A stretch of 47,943 nucleotides of DNA from Octopus bimaculoides (lineage: Eukaryota): positions 34,522,574 to 34,570,516 of the forward strand of contig NC_068992.1 in assembly GCF_001194135.2 (NCBI RefSeq), given 5' to 3'. How positions within the stretch are numbered: position 1 is the stretch's first letter; each line of letters starts with the position of its first letter. A program made the translations under genes and the position numbers. Positions 22,860 through 34,735 of this stretch are shown one piece after another. The notes under the pieces are model-generated. The model worked only from the letters and a program-made list of their open reading frames with translations, did not search any database and had not been told where the DNA came from.

Positions 22860-23150
22860 AGAGTGACAAACAATTAGAATAAGGACACAAGTGAAAGCAG
22901 AGAACTGAACATGGATGGAGGCATAGGCAACGCTGAGTCTCTGTTTAGGGAAATATAGATAAAATAGGATTGAATTAAGGATGAGGAAGTGATAGGTGGT
23001 AATACATAAAAAGAGGCATCAACAGTAGATATGAGAGGGTTTTCAAGGGAAAGAGGCATTCAGTAAATATATAGTGGTATGGGATGATGTTGGGAATGAG
23101 GGATGGGTGTCAAGGGAAGTGGTTCCATGAAGAGGAATCACTGATAGCAC
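22860..23150 (-). mobile_element. Possible Penelope-like remnant
   Basis: Pyrimidine-rich minus strand (SSSLIQSYFIYISLNRDSALP...) weakly resembles the Penelope post-RT region. Confidence 0.25.
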
Positions 23151-23189
23151 AAATGGGAGAAGAAATATGTGCAGTTCTGCTCGCATGTA

Positions 23190-24210
23190 AGTACAGCAGC
23201 TGTTAAAAATTGCACAGTATAGTTAAAGGGACGAGTATCATGAAGGCTGACTTTTCAGACATACTAGCACTGATTTCTCTCTTGCACACTACATGCAATG
23301 CTTTTTATGCCCAGTTTTTCTTTCAACGGATTTGCACTTTGTTGTACAAGCTCACTGACATTGCACATTCTGTAGAGCAAGCTAGCTTTGTTTCTTTCTG
23401 GCCTTTGCATATCCTTAGTATTCATGGCCTGTATTTCACTACCAATGAAGCATTGCTGTGCATACACAAGATACACAAGCACCATACAAGCTGTTTGTTA
23501 CTCTAAGAGAGAAGCATTTTTTTTACCAAGAGAGGTAAAAGCTCTCTGAAATTTTCCAGATGCTCTGTATTCTAACAATTATGATTTCAGAGCATCTTCC
23601 TCCACTGCTAATTCAAGAGATTGGCACATATGGAAGCATCACTGATATAGCTCTACTATTGCCAACAGCATTGTTGCTTGGTGCTGTTTTTTGCATTTGA
23701 GAAGAGAAGAATTTGTATGATCATTTCATAACACTTGTTGGGGTTCACACATACGACTGGAGAATTCCACCTAACTACCCCACTACTGTGTGTAGCACTA
23801 GAATCTTTAGTGACTGTCAGAATTTCAACATTGTTTTAGTCATCAGATGCCCTTCTTATAATATCCTCCCAATATGGACCAAGTGCCTTTTTCATGCATA
23901 CCGCAAGCGCTAAGGAAGTTTTCTGTCAATGCTAAATTGTTTCCATTGCAGTCGTTCAATTTTTATTAAAAATTAGTGCTTTCCAAGTTTATAGAATTCC
24001 CATCTCCCCATGCAGAATTTTAAGTCCTTCTGATCTTTTAGTTAAGTCACTTTTTATTATGTCTCTTCCCTCCCTAATGTTACTAAGCTTTTCTACAGTG
24101 AGACGAAGAAAGGGGTGAAGAAAGAGTGAGCTGGTGGATGATAGTTGATCATGTTCACTATAATGGACTGACTCACCTTGGTCTTCAAACACATTTGCCA
24201 AACGGAAATA
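23190..24210 (-). mobile_element. RTE-clade LINE fragment including a decayed RT core
   Basis: IGSEIQAMNTKDMQRPERNKASLLYRMCNVSELVQQSANPLKEKLGIKSIACSVQERNQ; LP*RLRYA* at the YADD position (about 23890); degenerate GVHQGSVLSP-like block near 24150. Confidence 0.8.
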
Positions 24211-24315
24211 AAAAGTGATAATTAATAAAAATTATGATTATTAGTAATAATGATAGTAATAAAAGTAAATTTATTGTGTATCAACAGTGATTTTTCATAT
24301 ATGTACAATACTACA

Positions 24316-24317
<2 letters not shown>

Positions 24318-24362
<45 letters not shown>

Positions 24363-24405
24363 NNNNNNNNNNNNNNNNNNNNNNNNNNNNNNNNNNNNNN
24401 NNNNN

Positions 24406-24465
<60 letters not shown>
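24318..24465. repeat. (TA)n, gap (24363-24405), (GA)n
   Basis: Direct inspection. Confidence 0.97.
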
Positions 24466-24470
<5 letters not shown>

Positions 24471-24813
24471 TTTTAAGCCAACAGTGCATATATAGACAGA
24501 TGTAAACACACCTACTTTGTATGCAGTAGCTTCATAGACAGAAAAAGAATGATGGACAAGGAGGAACTCAGTTGCAGAGGAATTTCCAAGATAAGATTTA
24601 AAATAGTTCACTTGATTCCTCTTTTGCTACCCACCAGGATATTGTGCATAAAGATAAATTCATTTTCATTTTACATCTGTCTGACATAAAGCATTTGCTA
24701 AAAATCTATAGATATATTACGTAGTACAGTATACTACTGAAACAAAACATTACCAGCACACCAGTAATTCATTAACCAAACCGGCTCATAATGATGGGGT
24801 GCAATTCATTGTC

Positions 24814-26052
24814 TGTTGGTATGTCAGATAAATTCATTCATTTTATTCCAATATTATTTGAATTAACATGAAAAATATTTTTATGGTTTTTCTGTAGCTC
24901 TGTTCTTCCTCTACAAATTTTGTTCATTCGTATTGAAATTTGAATAAATTTTAACTCTTTTCTGACATGACAATTGAGTGCCAAGCAGAAAAAAATAAAC
25001 ATTTTCAATACCTGATACTCTTTGCTTTCAGTTAAGGTCTCAAAACTGCCAAAGCCACTTGAGATATCTGCGTTGCATAAAGAGAAGGTGCTATTACTGG
25101 AAGAACTTCACAGAACTGGTTATCACACTTAAGAGGCAGTTCAACCTCACAGACACTCAACATTATGGCCAACCACTTCAGTTCAATGAGGCTCAATTGA
25201 CAAAGCTTCTCCATGAGGTCCATTCCAATCCACTTGGAAATTAGCCCTATAGAGAGGATGCTTTCATGACACCATCATCTATCACCTCTACTCAACAAGT
25301 AAGGTCCAAAAACTTGGTGCATAGATATTATAGACAAACTTCAGTACTCTTCTATCACTTCCAATTTTCTCACTTGACTCCAGGCTACTCATGAACACAA
25401 ACAGAGGTTTGTTTGCTGCATCATCATTGCTGATACAAAAGAGTGTTTTTACATCAACATGAAGCAGAAAGAAGAATAGCAAGACCCAAACAAGCAAGCA
25501 ATACCTCTAACCAAGTTAAAACTGCATCCAAGACAATTATCTGCATTTGGCAAGACTGGGAAGGTCTAATTGTCTACATGATTAAAACCACCACATGGTT
25601 AATGCAGAATTTTATGTTCAGCAAAAGTTTTGGCTCAAGGATGCAATCCAGCAGAAACGACCTGACTGGCCACATAGTATTCTTCTTCAACACAACAATG
25701 TTTTTATCCCCATGTTGATAATTTGGTGAAAAATGCTATTCAAGAATTTGGAAAGTTCCACCACACCCACCATATTCTCTTGATATAGATGCTCCTTCAC
25801 ATTATCACCTGCTTCAGTCACACTCCAACAGTGAGCTGGAGGTTTTGCTCAACAACAACATGGAGCTGAAAAAATGGCTTAATGAATTCTTTGAGTCAAG
25901 ACCTGGCAATTCCTGCTGTCATGACATTGACATGCTAGTGGAACATTAGCAAGCAGTCATGAACAATGAAAGAGAATATATCACTGACTGATTTGTTAGA
26001 ACTGATGAAAAATAAAAATTAAACTTATTGGAAAATTCATGACAAACCAATA
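24814..26052 (+). mobile_element. Full-length decayed mariner (second DD34D-type lineage)
   Basis: MTIECQAEKNKHFQYLILFAFS*GLKTAKAT*DICVA*REGAITGRTSQNW (ATG 24967); DAIQQKRPDWPHSILLQHNN; HPTYSLD..APSHYHLLQS; KWLNEFFESRPG..NEREYITD*. Degenerate TIRs tgttggtatgtca / tgacaaaccaata. Confidence 0.85.
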
Positions 26053-26294
26053 ATTGACTTAAGCTCTTACTAATAGTTGATTTATAAACAGGGACTACAT
26101 TGATAGATAAAAGCAGGCATTCAGTCTCTGATAAAATCCCAGTATAGGACTGAATCTAGTTTAGCTGATCTTTCTTTGTATACCTACAAGTATACTGGAT
26201 ATAAAGAAAAGATGGTAATATAGGTCTATTTGAGTAGTCTTAGCAAAAATCTATGCTCTATAATAGTTTAGCATAATAATTGTTTCTAATTTAG

Positions 26295-26490
26295 GCACAG
26301 GGCCAGAATTTTTTGAGAGGAGAAAGCAGTCAAATAAATTGAGCCAGCAAGGAATTGGTAAACTACTTTATGGATTCCCAAAATGATGGAAGACAAAGTT
26401 GACCTCATCAGGGTTTGAGTTCAGAATGTAAAGAGCCATAAATTCAATACCACAAGACATTTTCTTTGACACATTAATGATTCTGTCTGT
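26295..26490 (-). mobile_element. SINE family B, minus strand
   Basis: aggcacagggcc...gaagacaaagttgacctcatcagggtttgagttcagaatgtaaag is the reverse complement of the family B body. Confidence 0.65.
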
Positions 26491-26621
26491 CACTTATCCT
26501 TAATAATTAGAACTAATTAGGCACAAGGTTAGTGATTTGGGGTTGAGAGAGAGAACTAAGAAATTACATTGACTCCAGTATTAAGCCTGTATTTTCCTTT
26601 ATTGCCTCAAGAAGTATGAAC

Positions 26622-27130
26622 TTTGGTCTGTCTCTTCAGTCTCCAGTATAAACAGATAGATGTCAAGAAAACATGGTTTTCATTAAACTATCACACAAAT
26701 GAGCACCAAAATTTCTATATAAATTTTTCCCTCTATATTGAACATGGTAGAAGAGAGACAAGCACAGACAGATAGAGACATGAAGGGGAGGAGATTTCAG
26801 TTTATAGACAATAAACAGATAATAATAGATATGGTATCCCTTATAAAATATTATTATTTTATTATCTATTATTATCTGTTTATTGTCTATAAACTTTTAT
26901 CTATGTTTTCGTCTCTCTTCCATTGTCATCTTTCTTTGCTCCCCTATCACTCACTTCCTCTCTCTCTTTCTCTCTCTTTGTCTTCCCCTTTCTCTGTTTC
27001 TCTCTTCTCCATCATGTTCCATACAGAGAAACAATTTTGTACAGAATGTTTGGTTCCATTTTGTGCAGTGGCTTAATGAAAACTATGTTTTCTTGATATC
27101 TGTCTATCTACACTGAAGAGACAGACCAAA
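26622..27130. repeat. 509-bp foldback (long imperfect palindrome), MITE-like
   Basis: Outer 19-bp perfect inverted repeat tttggtctgtctcttcagt (26622-26640 / 27112-27130). Inner 32-bp perfect inverted repeat 26799-26830 / 26864-26895 around a 33-bp loop. The intervening arms align. Confidence 0.9.
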
Positions 27131-27264
27131 CAAAGCTGTTTACATATGCTTAGGTAAGTGTTTGGTGAAGTGTTGCTGTTGTTACTATAGAATCATTAAA
27201 GCATTGGAGTATTGAATAAAATGCTTTGCCATATTTGTTCCAGCTCTTTACATTAATAAAAAGT

Positions 27265-28690
27265 GATGATGATGGTGGTGGTGGCGACAGTGATGGTGGC
27301 AGTTATGGTAGTGGTGGTGTTGATTTGTTTTTACTAGTCATAACAGTTTGAAGAAAACAAAGATAAAACAAAATGACAGACATACATAGTAAAGTGTTTA
27401 CATAGTCCCAAGGAAAAATAGTGATGGCAAAAGAACAAATAACAAAATGTTCCCCAACAGAAAGAGAGCTTATCAGAACTGATCCAGGAAATCTTGTGAA
27501 ACCCCAATGAGCCTGGCTATGAAAGGCAAATTCCATTTCCTAGACTTCGTTTCCTGGCCTTCAGCTGCATACTTAGTGCATGACCAGTTCAGTCATATCA
27601 TATTCACTACTTCAACCACTTTTCAAAAGATTTAATAAGGGCAGCATCAACCATCACGAATACAGTTGTTGTTTTTAGATGCCACATTTTTGAAAATCTA
27701 TTTCAAGGGCCTTGCATTAACATTGCAGATGTTTTTAGAGAAGTGTCTCAGGCTGCTGAGATTGACATTTCTATGAGCAAGTATGTAAAAAATCATGGAT
27801 CCGCTAGTTTTTCTTATATGGGAGCCCAGACTTACAGCATATGATCCAAAGCAAATACTGACTAAATCTATTATGCCGATTAATATATTCATTTGAGGCT
27901 AACACAAAACATCCAGAGATGAGGTAGTCAATTGTTTCTCTTGTTGCACCACAAAAGTCCCAGGCAAGATCTACCATTTTAAAGTTACTGGTTTGGTAGT
28001 TTGTGGTGGACAGATGCTGATTCTGAGCTGACTGCTACAACAAAACCCCTTTGTTTCTGATTTAAGTCCAGATGCAACAACTATTGATGGGTCATATTTG
28101 TTTCAAAATCAGGATTTCTGGCCATTGTAGGGCATTTGCTGTGCCATACTTTGTTTCGCCATTTATTTAACAGCTCTGATATTCCATTTGATTTGGTTTA
28201 TGTTTTTATTTGTTTTGTCTAGTTGTGCCTCATATCTTTCTTTGAATACAGTTTCTTAGTACTTTCATACTTGTAGAGTAGACAGAATTAAGCATCCATA
28301 TATTGGTACTCTTTAGATAGTGGTCTAAACCTATGGTTAATATCTTCAAAGACAGTTACAGCTGCATCAGTCCTCATCCTCCATCCTTTTGTGGGGTGTA
28401 TAGCCTTTGGGTGATGCTTGTAGTGCATAGAGAGAAACTTGAATATTTTTGCATTAATTTTACTCATCTCATTGACGGAACATTTTATGATGTTAAAGCT
28501 ATAGGTCACAACAGGTATTACTGAGGCGTTGATTGCATCAATCCTGTTTCTCACATTAAGTTTACCCTTTAGGATAGCTCTAATTCTGCAATAACATTCT
28601 TTCCATATTACTATTATTTCATAGGCTTCAGGCAAATTTACTGCATTACCCAGTACACCACCATCGGACAAAATGTTTTGCAGCATTTTG
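27265..28690 (-). mobile_element. R4/Dong-like non-LTR retrotransposon, 3' portion (post-RT, CCHC, restriction-like endonuclease region)
   Basis: ECYCRIRAILKGKLNVRNRIDAINASVIPVVTYSFNII..KHHPKA; CGATRETIDYLISGCFVLASNEYINRHNRFSQYLLWIICCK; KMWHLKTTTV. The 3' end runs toward a (GAT)/(GGT) tract. Confidence 0.8.
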
Positions 28691-28696
28691 TTCATC

Positions 28697-28860
28697 TTTC
28701 TAAGTTCAAATTCCACTGAGGACTATTTTTTACCTTTCATCCTTTCAAGGTCAGTAAAATAAGAACCAGTCAAGCATTGGAGTTGATGTACTCAACTTAA
28801 CCCCCACCCTTCTGGCATGTGCCAACATTTGAAACCATTATTATCATTATTATTATTATT
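28697..28860 (+). mobile_element. SINE family B fragment with (TTA)n tail
   Basis: ttctaagttcaaattccactgagg..cctttcatcctttc..aaaataagaaccagt..atttgaaaccattattatc. Confidence 0.75.
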
Positions 28861-29034
28861 ACTATATCATGAAAAATCTCAGCTTTATTTTGTTGGGCAT
28901 GATGGAAAATATGAGCTGTCCTCAGTCAGCAAACTAAAGTGACACTTCTTTACTGATCATGCCACATGCTCCTTTCTTCTTCTTTGCCACCACCACTGCC
29001 ATCATCATTATTATTATTAATGTTATTATTATTA

Positions 29035-29260
29035 CAGCAGCAAACTGGCAGAATCATTAATATGTCAAAGAAATGCTTAGTGGCTTTTTTTCTTGTTATT
29101 TATGTTCTGAGTTCAAATTCCACTGACATTGATTTTGCCTGTTATCCTTTTGGGGTGGGGTCAATGAAATAAGTACCAGTCGAGCACTCAAGTCAGTATA
29201 ATTGACTAACCACACACTTGAAAACTCACGATTTGTGCCTATAATAGAAAGAATTATTAT
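29035..29260 (+). mobile_element. SINE family B
   Basis: ctggcagaatcatt..aaatgcttag..ttctgagttcaaattccac..aataagtaccagtcgagcac..gtgcctataatagaaagaattattatt. Confidence 0.75.
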
Positions 29261-29437
29261 TATTTAATTTTAGGAACGATAACTTTTGGTAAAATAAGAG
29301 AATATAGTCTTATAATTCACATATTCAAAATAATGTTGTATGGGTCATAGCAGTGATATGTCTAGTTGAAAATAGAGACTATCAAATGGCTTCTGGTTAA
29401 TGGTAAACTAAGTATTCCAGTAGTATTTGATTTACAG

Positions 29438-29510
29438 GACAATTTTATCAAACAAAGAACCTTCAAACTTCTATCAAAAGGAAGTTTTAGATTTCGTATG
29501 AACCTTGCAG
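29438..29510 (+). other. Candidate coding exon (unassigned)
   Basis: gtatttgatttacag|73 bp|gtaaac; one open frame DNFIKQRTFKLLSKGSFRFRMNLA; no recognised homology. Confidence 0.15.
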
Positions 29511-30164
29511 GTAAACTATAATGAATATTGAAAGGTATAGCTTTACTTTTAATCACTTTCTCTGCTCATTGCTGTTAGAATCAGTTATTCATTTTGTGAC
29601 TAAAATTCTAGATTCACTTGTCATTGCTAATACTGTTGACATCAATTAACTTTTCTATATTGATTATACAAGTTATTTTAAATGTTCATGCATGCATTAG
29701 GTTTTTGACTAGTCTTGTGCAGAAAATCATCATACAATTATTAGACTTAGCAGTGAATATAACACAGTTTATACTCAGATACAATTTCTGTTGGATCTAC
29801 ACAGGAATTGCTTCAATTTCTTCAATGCTTTCTAAGCTTAATTTTCAATAAAGTACGTATCTAGGAATGAATTTCAAGCTAAAACATTTTAATGTTGTGG
29901 TCATTATAACTGCTTCATGCATACTGGAATATATGTAATGCAATTTAGTTTAGTTGTCTGACTTTAGCTCAAACTTAGTGCTGAGTTTAAAAATTAAATT
30001 ATAATCATTATATTGAATCATTCTGCAGAACATATCTATAAACAATGTGTCTATAAACAAAGTATCTAAATAAGAAAGCATTCCTATAATAGTAATTTTA
30101 TACCTTCTGTTTGGCATCTTTAATTATATATAGATATGTACTTTCTGGTCATTTAATCTGATAT

Positions 30165-30360
30165 TTGTGGAGGTGTGAGGCTTAGTGATTAAGATTTTGC
30201 ATTCATGCTCATAAGATTGAGGTTTCAATTCCTGGACAGGACAATGCATTGTGTTCTTGGGCTTCATTTCACATTGCTGCATCCCACCTAGCTTCCCATC
30301 CAGGGGTAGGAAATATATATGCCACAGAATCCAAGAAACCAGCCTATGGCTTGGGGAGGA
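30165..30360 (+). mobile_element. tRNA-derived SINE (similar to 17215-17345)
   Basis: ggcttagtgattaag (A-box-like), ggtttcaattcc (B-box-like), gtgttcttgggcttcatttcacattgct. Confidence 0.55.
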
Positions 30361-31019
30361 CCTTTAATCTTTTTAAATTTGATATTTACCCCTTGAACAC
30401 AATGTTCAATGTTGTTTTCCAATGACATGCTTATTGCTACTGCTTCTTCTCTCAATGGCTATCAGTAATAAAGATTTCTGGTTTTTGCAACCAGTGTTTT
30501 CATTTATTAACTTCCCTAAGATCATTCATTGCTACTGCTACTCCATAAAAACCATCCAGTCAGTAACAGCTGTTTTGTAATTCCTGTTCCTATGTAAAGA
30601 TGTAAAACTAGTATGACAAAATATTTTCTCCCACTTTTCAGAGAATAAGTATTTATCAAATGACTGCAACTTCTACCAATCTTTAAAAATGTTGCCATTT
30701 AGACCCATCGATGAATAATCCTGTAAACAGATGAAGAGCAAAGCATGAACTGTAAAAATATAGAGAATTTGTAGGCTTAAAAGTTGAATGCCTAATCAAA
30801 TAAATTGTATACATGCTGATATCTCCACTGATATTACATCAATAGAATACTTATTTACAATAAACCTGAACCACTTGTTTTTAAAAGGCATTATTCTACA
30901 GTTAGTTATACAACAGATCACATTTTAAATTATAACATTTAAATACAAAGAAACAAACAAAAAATAAAGAAAGATAAAAAGAAAAGAAAGAAAGAAAGAA
31001 AGAAAATAGGAAGGTAAAG

Positions 31020-33460
31020 CAGCAGAAGGTGAAAGGGAAGAGGGCTATGGGCCACATATACAAGAACAAAGGGTGTGCTCAACCATGCTCCACAGTAACG
31101 ACCATGATAGCGTTGCCATGGAGGATGGCCAGTGGCACTCGCTGCAGTAACAACTCCACCTCACAGGCCTCATTTCTCAGATGGGCCACCATTATCCTGA
31201 TTTTGTTGAGGAAATTAATAGAATGGGGTCTGAAAACACCTGATGTCTTAACAGCAGCCAATACAAACTGAAAGCAGCTGGCTAGGACCCTGTATTTATT
31301 GATTTTGTTTTTCCTCTGTGTTATGGACCGTGGCACCCAGTTTTGCAGCCATTACAGCTAGGCTGGAGCCCGTGAATGTCTCACTGTATGTTGCATCTCA
31401 CACTAGGGATCTGCCTCTCTCAAATGGGAAGAGAGTTATTCCATCGAGCCACAATGACATTTGTGCAACTCACACATGTGGAGACTGAGGAGTTAGGTTA
31501 CTCCAGTATGAGTGCACACATCTAGAAGGGTACTGGTAGATGAGGAGGACACAGAATTGAACCATGCACCATTATTTGGCTGCAAGGCAGAATGGAGGCA
31601 GACAAGGTAGTGGTGATCTAATTATGTCGCTAACCATTCAAAGATGGACTTGCCTCTGATGTTATCCCAATTATGTTGGACATCCATATTCTGAGGGATT
31701 CAAGGCTTTCAGTGGTTCAGTTGACAAGAACTGACTCTAGTTTCTGGGCTATGTTTGGTTCAGCCATCTCATAGAGTATCTTGCCAATGAGGGTGCAGCT
31801 GGAAGAAACTGAGGAAAGACAGGCCAGCAGAGTCAGGTCTAATGTGAAATGGAGAGCAAGGCCACCAATTCTTACATGCAGTTTAGCCTCCAGCCAGCAC
31901 TGTCAAAACTGACATTGTAGATCAGCACCAGATGGTATCATCGAAGTCACCAAGGCAGTCTATAAGAGGGTAACAGAGCACACTGCATAGAGAGATAAGG
32001 AGCTTAGGCAGGGCAAAGCAATCCCTTGAGAGGAAGAGCACCAAGTGTGCATCAATGAGAAGCAATCTGGACAAGTCTACAAGCTTGGTCTCCAGGCACT
32101 CTATTATGGCTTTGGGGACTGGATACTGAGTAGTGTCCTGAAATTCAGCTTCACCGTAGCTCACATCTATCACCTCTGACTTGGATGGGTCGATCTTAAG
32201 CTTGAGACGCTGTTGAAGGTCCTTAACAACAGACTCTGTTGAGCCAACTAGAGTCATGTTATCCATGTACCAGACACTGAAGGGTGAGTGGACCGATCGG
32301 GAAGCATTGTAGACAGCCAACGCAAAAAGGAGCAGACCAAAAGGGTCACCTTGCTAGACACTTGTGAATGAAGCAATCCAGCTATTAGCTGCCATGAGAA
32401 TGCTGGGTGTACTATTGGAGAGGCATGTAAGTGGGTGTAATTAGGAAGCACAATATTAGACACATTTCCAAGATGTGGTCACATCTGACATTACTGAAGG
32501 CGCTTTTTAAACTCAGCTTCAGTAGGAGACAAGGTGACAAGGGAAGCATGTGCAGTATGAAGTGTCTGGCAGTGTGGGTAGCAACCTCACATGCACACTT
32601 TGCTCCCACCCCTAGCTTGACAGGGCTAAGTGCCTCACTCAGGTCATCCCTGATTGATCTACAAGCTAACATTGTCATAAGTCATCAAAAGATGTTGTCC
32701 ACCACTATTGGTGCCTCTGTCATTCTTCTGAGCAATCTGGTTTGCTGAGAAGAGAGATCTCAGGCATAGCAGAGGAGGTCCATGTGAAGACGTCTGTCTG
32801 TCAGAGCAGTGAGGGATCAGAGAAAGTTTGCTCCCACCTCAGTGGAGTATGGCAAAATTAACTCTTTAAAATGGCTGAGTAGCAGGCCATCAACTCCACC
32901 ACTGCTACTCACAGGCCATGTCACTGTCAGGGATTTAGAAATCCCCTGTTTCAGCTAGAGGGCGTAGATGCTTAATACAGAGACCAGCCAGGGTGTCTTT
33001 TGTGGATTTGAGTATTGTGTCACTAGAGGCCTGCATGTGCACTGTGGGAGAAATATTGCCCTCAATTAGTTAGCAATATACCTGGACTCAAAGCCTTTTT
33101 TGCACAATTGGAAGGGGCCTGCATTCATGGCATTGGTGCCCAAAAGAAGTGAGAGTCATTTCGTGATGGGTGACTGAGCATTACAAACTGGAGTAATGAG
33201 TAATTAGTAATTAATCCCTGCTCTATGGATGATGGTAGCACTTCAACTACAAACGCACAAGCAGCCTTTGGAATCCTGATGATGATTCTCCATGACTGTC
33301 TGAGATGGGAGATCAATTCTAAGGTATCTTCAAGGCAGAGCAAAATCGAGACATCACCAAGCTGCAAATCAGTATCCACCTATTGTGTAGAGAGGGATAT
33401 GCCCCCGGAGGTTAGGAAGCTTTGGCAGTGCCACTGGTGCTGGGATAATATTTTGTCACT
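31020..33460 (-). mobile_element. CRE-like (restriction-like endonuclease) non-LTR retrotransposon, near full length, decayed
   Basis: In order on the minus strand: RIPKAACAFVVEVL; LSPVKLGVGAKCACEVATHTAR; LLKLSLKSAFSNVRCDHILE; V*QGDPFGLLLFALAV; WYMDNMTLVG; PKLL; LDGITLFPFERGRSLV*DAT..ETF (PD..D type); KYRVLASCFQFVLAAVKTSGVF..LLQRVPLAILHGNA. Confidence 0.8.
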
Positions 33461-33864
33461 GATACATGGAATCTTTCAAAATATATTTGGAGATCAAAAG
33501 ATAAAAGTGAAACTATACTTTGGGAATATTAGATAAGCTACAAGTGTTTAGGAATGAATCAAATTACTTTTACATCTATCTCACAAGCAAGCTTCACATT
33601 ATTTCCTACCCAACTTCAATCCTAAACAAATGAAACAAATTTATTTTGACATGCTAAAAGATGGCAAAATTCCTCCACTTGAATTTCAAATACCCTCTCA
33701 ATACACGAATAATAATTGATATCAGAGACCTGATTTTACTTCAAAGTGCAGTAAACAAAATGTGAAACATATTCAATAATTTCTTCTCAAACCACTTGTA
33801 AACCATTGACCTGAGAGCTGATTCAACCAAACCATAGTTTTTAAAACATGTCATCTTATTTCCT

Positions 33865-34088
33865 TTACACCTTTAGTATTCAGATCACTCTGTCAAATGT
33901 AATGCTTAAAAAGTCACATTGTTTTGATTTAATTATGTATTACCTTGTAGCTTTGAGATTTTGATGATGTGATTATTTTTAGATTGACATTGTAGGATAG
34001 ATGTGAGAGATCAGATCTGGCTGGTTTGATCATAAAACAGGTAGAATATTTGGGTCAGATACGGCCGGATTAAATGTTAAATGGTTAA
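33865..34088. mobile_element. About 225-bp piggyBac-like MITE (same family as 16597-16820)
   Basis: acacctttagtattcagat...aaatgttaaatggttaa; shared body tagctttgagatttttgatgat..gtgagagatcagatctggctggtttga. Confidence 0.65.
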
Positions 34089-34656
34089 ACATTAACTAGA
34101 GGGACCCATGAATATTTCATGGAATTAATGGTCAACTTGTTGAGTCATTGCTGAAAACTTTATCCAAAAATCTGAAAGAGTAGCTTATGTTGTGTCTGTA
34201 TCAAAAGATAGTCTGTCTTCTACTATTTATTGAAAAGTGAAGGAAATTAAAATATGATGATCACTTAATACACTTTATATACTTTATGCACAATGTTATA
34301 GGCTTAATATACAGCTCTCTCCCTCTTTCTCTCACAGTCTTTTTCTCTCACTACACTTTTCCCTTCAACTACTCACTTGAAAGCATTACAGATGGGCTAA
34401 GTAACAGAGGAAGAAAACTTAGTTCAAAAAACGAATTACACATTTCATTCACCACCAACTACCCCTCAGCCATCCTCCTCTGAATCCGCCCCATCTCTTC
34501 CCTCCTGATCCCTTTAACTAATTATGTGAAAGATGGGCTAAGTAATGGAGGAACAAATAGAATTATTATCAGTTTGAAAAGCAAATAATCATTAGTTTCT
34601 ACACACTACTAAAAAGGTTCTTACGGAGCACATTTTTGAACAAGATAAGCAGAACT

Positions 34657-34662
34657 TTGTGT

Positions 34663-34700
<38 letters not shown>

Positions 34701-34735
34701 GTGTGTGTGTGTGTGCACATGCATGTGCATGCATG
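34657..34735. repeat. (GT)n microsatellite
   Basis: Direct inspection. Confidence 0.97.

Noticed and set aside
27062-27153. Exon ending at TTAG|gtaagt
   Set aside because: The upstream sequence is the foldback arm; there is no independent coding evidence.
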